A stretch of 63,970 bases of DNA, the filler included, from an uncultured bacterium (lineage in GTDB: Bacteria > Auribacterota > CAZIXI01), in the NCBI GenBank assembly GCA_964543115.1. It is 4 parts of 4 records of this genome, joined end to end, with 100 filler letters (N's around TTAATTAATTAA, not from the genome) between each part and the next. Parts side by side here need not be neighbours in the genome. Positions count along the whole stretch, not along the records: positions 18,673 to 37,194 come from CAZIXI010000044.1; 3 more parts are not named here. One strand, written 5' to 3'. Positions within the stretch are counted from its first letter, which is position 1; each line of letters starts with the position of its first letter. Below, piece by piece: positions 18,701-29,200 of the stretch. The notes under the pieces are model-generated. The model was given only the letters and a program-made list of their open reading frames with translations. It was not told where the DNA came from and made no database searches. The position numbers were made by a program, and so were the translations under genes.

Positions 18701-18837
18701 CTTTGTGGTTGAGTGAGCGGATTTGTTTGGTTAATAAAAAATGTTATTATTCCAAATAATATCTTTAATTGGACCACAAAGGGCTGGACGTTTCACGCCC
18801 CGCTTCTATATTTCTTTGTGGTTGAGTGAGCGGATTT
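18701..18837. repeat. 24-bp direct repeat pair enclosing a REP-like palindrome
   Basis: CTTTGTGGTTGAGTGAGCGGATTT at 18701-18724 and 18814-18837; GGGCTGGACGTTTCACGCCC between them. Confidence 0.8.
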
Positions 18838-18911
18838 ATATGGATTTGGTGCTTTGGGTTTTGCAGGAAGATTGGCGGGGTTGGAACCGTAAACAGCGAA
18901 AAATAATGTTA

Positions 18912-19364
18912 TCAGATATTTTCAGAATGCTTGTTTTTTAAGTTATTAATTTCCTTATTAATTATACTCAGAAATGTTTCCGCTGTATCAATAAGATTTT
19001 TTGCTTCTGTCGAAGAAATAATCTGTCCTGTGCCATACATTAAATAATGCCTTTTCTTTCTTGCCCGGTCAAGTTTTTCAATGAATAGCCGGTAATCTTT
19101 TCCCAGGAACGCTTCGCAAAATTCAACAGTGATTTTGTGCGCGCCAACAACTCTTGGTTTAACGCCACAAGAAAACATCAATGCCCTGCCTCCAATTAAC
19201 ATTGCTTCATAAGCTAATTGGTATGAGGATTCCTCATCTTCTTCTAGCAGGGTGGCGGCGCTATGTAATGTTTTTTTAGCCTTTAGCAAGACCATTTCTG
19301 TTTCTGCAAAAGACACGCTCTTCTTTTGAGCTTTTCCTTCAGCTAATAACTTTTGCCAAACCAT
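18912..19364 (-). CDS. HEPN domain protein (putative toxin)
   Basis: AYEAMLIGGRALM, GAHKITVEF and RKKRHYLMY (RxxRH/NxxxY type); overlaps the upstream MNT gene. Confidence 0.8.
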   Translation of the reverse strand: MVWQKLLAEGKAQKKSVSFAETEMVLLKAKKTLHSAATLLEEDEESSYQLAYEAMLIGGRALMFSCGVKPRVVGAHKITVEFCEAFLGKDYRLFIEKLDRARKKRHYLMYGTGQIISSTEAKNLIDTAETFLSIINKEINNLKNKHSENI

Positions 19365-19926
19365 TTTTGTCTCCTAGTAAAAAGATTTTATTTCCCTGTA
19401 AAATATCTTGTAAAAATACATTATCTTTTTTAATGCCGTTTAATAAATCAGTCTTAGTAAAAATAGTATAATTTATGTCTCTTGCTATTTCTTTTTCAAG
19501 TTTTCTGACGGTTTTTAACACTGTATCTTCATCTACCTTGCCAATAATAAATATGTCTACATCACTCAAGGCATCTTCATCTCCTCTCGCGATAGAACCG
19601 TAAATAAAGCAGGTGTGAATTCCCAATATTTTTTGTAATCCCTTGCTGAGAATAGCTTCTAGGCCAATTGTTTTGGATATTATTCTGCTTACTTCATCAA
19701 AAATCGCTAAACTTCTATTTAAGTAATAATAAACTTCCTTTCCGGATTTTTCTCTTTTAAAAAGTCCCATTTTTCTCAAGGAGAGAAGTTCACGCCGGAC
19801 ATTCGCTACAGGGATACCCAAAATCCTTTCTAATTCTCTTAAATAATATCTTTTATCCTTATTAGCAAAAAAGTGTTTTAATATTTTTACACGTGCTTTT
19901 GAGTTTGTAATCTTGAAAACATCCAT
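19339..19926 (-). CDS. HTH + minimal nucleotidyltransferase (MNT) antitoxin
   Basis: N-terminal winged HTH (YYLRELERILGIPVANVRREL) and FIYGSIARGDEDALSDVDIFIIG; ATG at 19926 with SD AAGAGGA. Confidence 0.88.
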   Translation of the reverse strand: MDVFKITNSKARVKILKHFFANKDKRYYLRELERILGIPVANVRRELLSLRKMGLFKREKSGKEVYYYLNRSLAIFDEVSRIISKTIGLEAILSKGLQKILGIHTCFIYGSIARGDEDALSDVDIFIIGKVDEDTVLKTVRKLEKEIARDINYTIFTKTDLLNGIKKDNVFLQDILQGNKIFLLGDKNGLAKVIS

Positions 19927-19938
19927 ATTGTTATCCTC

Positions 19939-19977
19939 TTTGACTACAATTGTAGTCAAAATTGATTACAATGTCAA
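19939..19977 (-). promoter_or_regulatory. MNT-HEPN promoter with a perfect 22-bp palindromic operator
   Basis: Minus strand TTGACA-N17-TACAAT; TTTGACTACAATTGTAGTCAAA (19939-19960) overlaps the -10; a third half-site TTGATTACAAT at 19962-19972. Confidence 0.8.
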
Positions 19978-20249
19978 GTAATTTTTTATAACAGGAATCA
20001 GGACGCGGGCATGTTTATATCTATTTTTGTTGATCATTTACTGTGGACAAACAGAGTGATTGATTTTAACTATAAGGAAAGATTACGGAACACACTAAAA
20101 GCTCTATAAGTAGCTGATATAGAGAGATATACGCATATGTTTATTTTCTCCCAAGGTATTGACAACAGCCAATCCCCATGTTACATATTAATATAAGCAT
20201 TTTATAAGTATAACTATACTAATACTTTCTAATAAGTGCTGGGGGGCCG

Positions 20250-23200
20250 ATGAAGGTGTTTTTATGTCGATTAATCTCATTATTAATTATAGTTTCTTTT
20301 CTTAGCCAGAATGTCGCCTGGGCGGCACCAAGGAAACTCCATTCGGCAGCCCTTCTTTCCAATGCTTCTCCAGTTAGGGCAACTTCATCTACAGCTCGTA
20401 TTCATATTCCTCAGCAATATGGCAAGGCCAAACAGATATCAGACAACAGGCGTCAGAACTCAGACAAAACTATTGTACTCATAAATGATGCGCATTGTGT
20501 ATATGAAGCACAGGAGAATATCAGGCACATTCTGGACATATTAATTCGCGATTATAAGATTGATTTGGTTTGTGTGGAAGGGGCCAGCGGGTTGGTGGAT
20601 CCGAGTGTGTTCCAGAGTATGCCGGATAGTAAGGTGCGGGAAAAGGCCAGTCAAGTATATTTAAAGAAAGGATATTTAAGTGCAGCTGAGGCGTTGAGTG
20701 TGAGTAAGGCGGATAAGCTGCCGTTTACTATCTGGGGTGTTGAGGAGACGAGGTTATACGTTAAAGATATTAAATTATTTCGTCAGGCAATGGAACAAAG
20801 AACAGATACAGATAAATTTACCATTCTGATTAAAGAATTGGTTGATCAGTTTAAAGACAAGATATACAGTTCTGCCTTGAAAGAATTTGACCGCCAGCGC
20901 CAACAGTGGAAAAGAAATGAACTTTCCCTGACGGAATGGTTGACAGTGTTAAATGGACAGGCTGAAGGAAGAAAGTATATGCAGCTTTGTCTACGGATGA
21001 TGAACTTGGAAGCGGAGATAGATTGTCAACAGGTGGAAAAAGAGAGAAAAAAATTGATCAAATCATTACAAGAACTGCTGCCGCGGGAGGAAGTTGAAAA
21101 GCTAACGGAAAGAAGTATGCTGTTCAAACTGAATAAGATTTCTCTTTTAGATTTTTATCACTATCTTGAACAATATGTCACGGAGATTGATTTCCCCCAG
21201 TTAGCAAAATATATTCAGCTAATTAGATTGCAAACTGAAATAGATATGGATAGATTGTTTAAGGAACTATCGGTAGCGGAAGAAGCATTAGTAGAAACTA
21301 TCTGCCAGAATCAGGAGGAAAATGATCTTTATCTATTAGAGCGTAGATTGGAGATTTTAGCCGGATTATTTAAACTACAATTGGGCAGACAGGAACTGGA
21401 TTATTACCAGAGACATGACGGGGAATTTGCTGTCCAGGAGGTGGTTGATTCTCTCTTTGGTTTGGCGAAGGCGAAGGGCTTAGAGATACCGGGGAAGTTA
21501 GCTAATAAGCAATTTATTGCTGAGGTATCACAGCAAACAAAACCGGCAGAGGAGTTTTACCGGCTGGCCCGCCAGCGGGATAAGGTCTTAGTGGCTAATT
21601 TGCTAAATAAAATGAACCAGACAGGTAAGCAGGCGGCGGTGATTGTTGCTGGCGGATTCCATAGTCAGGGAATTAAAGAGGAATTGGCGGCAAGGGGGAT
21701 TAATTGTGTTGAGATTACGCCGGTTATTACCAAAATTCAGCAAGATAATCCCTATCTGGAGCTGATGATGGAACAGGCAGTGGATTTAGATAGTTTACTC
21801 TCCCAAGCTTCGCTTGGGGATGTTAAAGAGGTGCCCCGCAATATTGCTCTGCCTGTTATGTTCTGGCTGGCTGATCAGGCCCGGCCAGAGTCCATTCCGC
21901 GCTTAAAGCAGTTTGCCGGGTACTTGTTGGACAAAAGAAATAGCGGTAAAACCATCGCCCAACTGCAAGAAGAGGTGAAACGGCATGGCCCCAGGCGGCA
22001 GGTGGAATTGTTCGCGGAATTAATTAAGATTGCGGGTTTGTCTGCCGAAACACCGGTGGCGGTTCTGCAAGAGGCGTTGCGGCCGCAACAGGTTGTTGAT
22101 TATCTCAAGCAGTTGGATGGAAGTGAGATAATGAAAAAGGGTGGTAGAACCTTTTTAGAGTATATGTTTGTCTTATTGAAGTTGTCTGCTAACTTATCTA
22201 ACGAATCGTATGAAGAATTATTAAAAGAAATTAAGGCTGGGGCCCGTTGGTCGCCAGTAGCAACTTTGGCTTGGGAAGGGATTGTAGAGTTGAGAATGCA
22301 GGGAAAGGAACATATTTATAGGCAGGTTCTAGCGCAGTTGCCGAATTATGAAAGTAGTGTTCGTAAGGTTGTTGATTATTTAGCTGATGATGTAGCACAA
22401 CAAGAACCACTGCCGTTTTTCGTTAGTGCTGATGCTACTAAGCGCATTTGTTTGCGGCTGGCAAAGGTTTTTATTGGTGCGGGATTGGTGATGGAAGGAA
22501 ATATTGAATTATTTATATCTTTATGGGATGGCCTGCAGCTGGGTGTGAATTTGCATCAAAGTGATACAGCTTTTTATGAATCATGCAGCGCCCTGGAGCA
22601 AATAGTTGATGCGGTTGTCGAAGAACAGTTAGATCCGGTGATACTAGATTTAGATTTATTGTTTAGCCTTGCTGGAGGGCATGACTCGGCTGCTGCTTAT
22701 TGGAAATTGGTGGGATTAGCGCAGGCGGTTAAGGATGAAGAAGCGGATCAGGTTGTTCTTAATCTTGATTTACTTAAAAATATTGCTCAGATCAGGGGGA
22801 ATCTTTCTTCTCATTACCAGCAATTGCTTATGACGGCGAAATCTGTAAAAGAAGATGGTCTTGATCCAGTGATATTGGATATTGATGTGTTGCTGGCGAT
22901 GACAAAACCCGAGCATGAAAAATTAATTGATGATGTTTTCAGGGAACTGAGGGTTGTAGCGATGGAAGTAGAGCGAGGAGACATAGATGAAATAGCGCTG
23001 GATAAGGATCTGCTGATAGAGGTGGCGGAGGAGACTGGTGTTGTTGTTGGTGAGGCCTTAAGGGCGTGGCGTGCCCTGGCGGAAGCGGGATTGTTAACTA
23101 AAGAAACGGTAGAGAAGGTAAAGGACCTGTTGTTTATGATTGTTGAGCAAGAGTATGAGAAAGAGCAAAGGAACAGGAACCTCTATGAAAACCTGATCAA

Positions 23201-26200
23201 GTTAGTTGATGTCTATAAACAACATAAAGCTACCGAGGACTTTCTGGATCTGGATTTGTTGCTTGCTATTGCTGAAAGGGCCTGGGGAAGAGTTAATGAG
23301 ACCTATAAAGAGTTGTGGGAAATAGTGGTAGGAGTGCATGAAGGTGGGATAGAGCAAGTTTTCACAGTAGTTTTAAATAAGGAATTATTTGCTGCGGTGG
23401 CAAATGGGAATTGCTGCTATGATGAATTGCGGAAGCTAACCCGGATAGCAGGTGATGATTTGAACGAACGGAGGGTTAATGAGCTTATCGAAATAACCAG
23501 GGCGGCGGGGTTGTCAACGCAGGTGTGTTTTATTTTGATGAAGCAATTTATCGAAATGGATTTTTTTACATGGGAAGAGATTTGTAGGTTTTTTAAAGGT
23601 GGTGTATTGCAAGAACTGGAAATAGCTGGGAATGGATTGGAGCTGTTAGCGGTAGAGTTGCGCAAGCTTAGAGGAGAGCAGAGGGAACGTTGGTTCCCGC
23701 GGATAAAGAAGGCTCTTTTCACTATGGTGACATCGTCTCCAGCTGATAACTGGGCGCGGCAGATTGGGAGGTTAGCGGCACGGATAAAGGGGGAAGAAAA
23801 AGGTGCTGTTTCGGGATATGATTTCACGGGTGATAGTATCAGCGGGATGGTTGGGCAAGGAGTGAAGTCGCGCATCAGGTTGAAAAAGAAAATTAAACGC
23901 GGGGAATTTGAACGGGCGGAGGATCTGGAAAGAGAATTTGCTGGTGTGTTAGCGGGACATGAAGTTTATTTATTAGAAGGTGAAATTGAGAATGATAAGG
24001 ATTTTGCGCTTGGTCTGCGGGACAAAAAGAATAGCAGGATATATCTGGCCCGGGAGGTGGTAGCGGCGATCAGGGTGCTGGAGGATGAGGAATTGGTAAA
24101 AAGTGTATTGATGGAGTTTCTTTATCATGAGGCGCATTGTGATCCGGACCGGCCGGAGAGTCATTATGAGTTGATTGCCTTTCAGCAGAAGGACGCGCGG
24201 TTCAGGCAGCATTATAAAAGGCCGTGGTATAAGGAACGCCAAGATGGCGTGATTATGGATGCCAAAAAGAAAAAAATCGCTAAGGGGTTTTTGGGTGAGG
24301 TGTTGGGTGCATTAATTGAAAGTGTTATTCGTGAACGCAGCGAGCTTTTAACTGAATTAGAACAGGTGTCTGAATCAGACAATGCCAAAAAGATGGTCAA
24401 GGCCTTTGTTGATGCCGGGGCGGTGAGGCGGGGTAATCTTACCGCGGCGAAGGAGTTTATGGTTAGAATCAGGGAGGATGCGCAGGGTCCGATTGGGGGA
24501 GGTCAGTATGATCAGTTGCGCTACCTGGCGATTGCTGTTAAGGAAAAGGGATTGGATCCGGTGTTTCTGGATTTTGATTTAGTGAAAACTATTATTCGTT
24601 GTAGTGATGAAGGTATGGCAGCGACTAGTCTTCAGGCGTTGAGATGGATGGCGGAAACAGCGAAGCTGCATAAGGGGATCATTAGTCTGCCGGTGCTCAA
24701 GCTTATTGCTGAGGGAGATCCTTCTAATGGTTTTAACTGGCTGCTGCAAGTATTTCAATTATTAGAGGAAGAGGATAAGGATTTATATCCACAGATAGAC
24801 GGGATTATTGCTGGCGCGGCTGGACGAGGGTTGAATCCGGTTGGGTTTATAAGTGGGCTTATTGAATTTCTGCGTAGTGGTTTCTTTTCTCACCGGGAGA
24901 CGCTGGCCTTTTTTAAGATGATTCTGGATGTAAAAATTGAGCAGGCTGTTTTCAGGGATATTATTGGGGCTTTGCAGAGTGTTTTGAGTATTGTTAGTAA
25001 AATAACTCGTTGGCCGGAAAGGGCAGAATTTTCCTCCAGGCTTGGTAGAGACCTTAATGCGGTTGTTACCCAATCCCCGCCGCAGAGTTGGCCAGGGCAG
25101 TTTGCGCGGGTAACGGCGAAGGTGGAAGGGAAAGATGGAGACGAGCCGGGATATAGTTTTACTGAGGATGAAAAGCCGGGTGCTGGTTCAAGGAAGCCGT
25201 TGGGGCTGATTCCTGCCTGGCGGATGTGGTTTGGTTGGTTTAGTGAGACTATAATGTTTAAGGCCTTTGTGGGGCCGTTTTTGGAAGAGGTGTTTTTCCG
25301 TGGTCTACCACTTTTATTGGGTTGGCTGCTCACGGGTTTATTGCCTGCAAATATTGCCGGCGTGGTTACGGTTGTGCTGTTAATTGCAATGGGCCGCTGG
25401 TTTGTTTCTTTGCATGATGAAGAGCAGAAAGGGGTGGCTACATTAGCTGCTGTGCTTGGTGGGATATTTATAGCTTTGCCTTTCTTTACTCCACTGGGAT
25501 TTTGGCTTGCTGCCGGGGCGGTTGCTGCCCATAGTGGGATTAATATTTTTCAACTTGGCCACAGCTGGATTAGCGGTGAAGAGAAGCCGCTGGCCAGTAT
25601 TGTTGGCGGTGGTTCTTCTGGAGCTGATCTTGTGGAGCAATGGGCGGTGGCAACAGGAGAAAGATTAGCAGAAGAATATAGGTTTACAGGATTTGATGGC
25701 CGAGCTGCTGCTGATTGTTTCCGTAAAATGGCAGATTTAGGAGTTGTTACTGAGGAAAACGCGGAGCAGGTGCAGGATGTTCTTATTGAGATGGCTGAAG
25801 ATGCTTTTGATAATATATTGCTTCTTTATCCATTGGTTGGGGCCTGGGCTGATGCTGGGGGTATCCAGTCAGTGCAGGATTTGGATGATTTTAAAGATTT
25901 TTTAGCTGAGGTAAGATCCTATATCGCGGAATCGATAGTCAGGGATAACTGGTCTATTGAATTAACCGATGAAAAGATGGGAACGGCGCTGGAGGAATTG
26001 CAGGCGCTGGCAGTTGAGGCGAAAAAGATAAAGGAAGAAATGGGGAAAACAGCGGCTGGGCCGGAAAGAGAAGAAATGAAAGAGCAACTGCGCCTTTTGT
26101 TGGATTGGACTGAATTATCTGAAGTCGCGGGATCTGCGGGAAAGCATGCCGGTGACGCGTTTAAGGTTTACCTGAATCTTGTTGGTGCCGGCCTGGTAGC

Positions 26201-29200
26201 CAGGGATGATTTAGTAGTTGATGTGTTCATTCCTCTCGGAGAGATGCCTGGGGAAGAAGGGGAAACTGCTTTTACTGCTTTGATTAGTCTGACAGAGAAA
26301 TGCCGTGCGTTGGGCAACCGGGAGATTATGGCGTTAGTGTTGAATCCGGACTTTCTGGAAAAAGGTATTGAGGCGACTGATGAAGAAGTTATACAGTTCT
26401 TTTTTGAAGCGCTGGAGGCAATGGCGGAGTCTTTGAATGATTTACCGAAAGAAAAACTGGAAACGGTGTTGGATGAAAAAAAATGGATTGAGATTGTTGA
26501 GGTCTTTGCCGCTGAGTCTATGGATGTGATTCATAGTATTTGTTTCTTGCTTCCGGAGTGCGAGTTAACAGAAATAATAGATGAGCTTATAAAAATAAAG
26601 AAGAGTGTGGGAAGTATGGACAAAATGAATTCATTAATAATAGGGTTTATTAAATTTGGACTGTTGGGCCCAAGTGAGGTCTTAATGTTGCTTAAGACTA
26701 TCAATAATCAAAAACTCGATGCGGCAGCGATAATTGAGAATCTGTATCTTTTGGTGGATTCTTTAATTAATATTATTGAAGAGGAAGAAGAGATAGTTGG
26801 TTTTGTTGCACGACGAATCAAACGGCCGTTTAAGACGATGCTTGCCCAGTCCCCACTGACAAAATGGGTGGAGCAGATCGAGCGGTTAACGGCAAGGGTG
26901 GAGAGGAGGGCTGATGATGGCGACGCGGCCTATAATTTTAAGGATACTCCCGGTGACGGGATGATTAATAAGGGTAAAAAGGCGCGGGAGCAGTTGTTGG
27001 CAAAGATTGACCGCGGGGAGTATCGCCGGGATGAGGAGTTGGAGAGTGAATTTAGTGAGTTTTTGGCCGGGCATAAGGTGTATTTGGTGGAAGGTGTTTT
27101 TCTTAAACGCAACAGTTTTGCGCTGGGGTTAAGAGATAAAAAAAATAAAAAGATATATATTGCCCGGGAGGTGGTGGAGGCCATCAGGCAGTTTGGTGAT
27201 CAGCAGTTTGTCAGGCGGATGTTGGCGGAATTACTCTATCATGAGGCGCATTGTGATCCGGATGTGCGGGGCAGTCTATACCCATTCCACTTAAGCAGTC
27301 CCCCGATGAAATCGGGGGGCAGTCACCGGCAGACAATTGCTGCTCAGCAAAAACATGAACTGTTTCGGCAGCATTATGAAAAGCCATGGTATGAGGAACA
27401 GTCGGGCGAGTTAATTGATCTGCGTACAGGCAGGATTGCTAAGGGTATTCTCGGGGAAATTTTACGGGGAGTAATTGTCAGCGGATTGCGCAAACAGCGG
27501 CCGGCTAAGCCGACAGCAACCACCCCTGATTTTCATGCGGCTAGTAGTAAAATTGCCGGATTTTCTGTTAGTGCGCAGGCGATAAAGCAATTAAAAACAA
27601 AATACCGGCAGGCCCCTTATGGCATGAATGAAGGAGTGGCAGAAACAAGGGAAATAGATGATGAGTTTATTGCTGGTTATCCGGATGTGGCGGAGGACGA
27701 TCTGCGGTTGTTGTTGGATACGGTTAAGCTGGAGTTAGTTGATGAGATTCTGAAAGAAAGAAAAGCTGTTAGGCGGGATGATGAAGGGGTGGAATATTAT
27801 TTTGGTTATGGTTATACGGAATTGGGAATTATCAGGAACCTGGTGCGGACGATTGATATTAATCGGCTGGATCCGCAAGGCAAGGAGCAGAGGCAGATAC
27901 AGTTTTTCCGTCTACATGCCAGCTTTACAGATATTGTTGCGCCCGGACTGTGGGGGCACCTGACGGATATTATTGTTAATTATATTCTTTTACCGGAACC
28001 GCAGCTGTTGGATTATCTGCCGGGTATAAGCGGATATTCATTTTTTAATGTGATTGAGCAATGGTGCGAGCGGGTGAAGGTTGATCATGGCCAGCATAGT
28101 GGATTAGAGAGTTTTATTGCGATGATTAAACTGCTGCCGGAACGTTATCTGGATGAGGTGCCGGAAAAGTTTGCTGATCTGGTGCTGAAACAAAATCTGA
28201 CCTTGGCTGCCGGCTCAATTGAAAATGTGAAGAATATGTTTACAATCTATGCGGCAACGGGCAGTTCGGTGGAGGTGAATAGGTTGTTTGGGCGGATTGA
28301 TGAGATTAAGCAGCATTTTAATAATAATGATACTACGGAATTGTTGTTTGCCCTGGCGGAAATTGCCAAGGGAGTGGGACGTAGGGGATTGAATGATTAT
28401 GTGGACTTTTTATTGAGAAACTATGCTGACCTGATTAATCATGATCTGCAGCGGTTTCAAATGCTCGGGGTTATTCTGGCCAATACCGGCCTGGAGGGAT
28501 TTGAACAGATAGATTTTTCCCGAATTCGTGAGCGTTACCAGATTGTGCAGGGCAGCGCGCAGGAAATTGAACTGCTGCGGATAATTGCTGAGCTTTCCAC
28601 GGTGACGTTTGAGGGTACGGGCGGGCTGCTAGATGAGCTGTTTGAGTCCTATCAGGAAATGACCGGCAGCAGTCTGGCTGATTTTAATAAGCTGTTAAAA
28701 GTGCTGCGGATGTTTGTGCGCGTGGTTAATTTTCATTATGATTATGAAGGCATGGTTAATCAGGGGCAAATCGGCAAGGTAAATAATGAGACCTATTATG
28801 TTAGTTTGCGTGATCTAAAGAAAACATTGCAGATTATTCAGAAGAATATTGCTGCCGGCCATGATGTCAGGGAAGCCACTAAGCAGGCGGTGATGAGGCG
28901 GTATTTCTTCCGCTTAAATGAACGGGATAAAAGAGAGGTGCGCAAGTCGATGTGGGAACACGGGATCATTGACCGTGATGATGAGCTTGATTATCTATAC
29001 GAGATCAGGGGATTGGAGGAAGGATCGACTGTTATTGAAATTTACGAAAAGAAACGCCGCCGGCTGGGGCAAAATATTAAGGGTGAGGTTGAGGAACGCG
29101 GGGGCGAGGTGCAGTTGGTGCGGCGGATTGAACTGGCACAGCCGTTTGCTGGGTTTAGCCGCACGCAGGTGCTGAATGAAACTACGGTAAGAAATCTGGC

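Noticed and set aside
20159..20187. Sigma-70 promoter for the giant gene
   Set aside because: TTGACA is present, but no good TAnnnT lies at 16-18 nt spacing.
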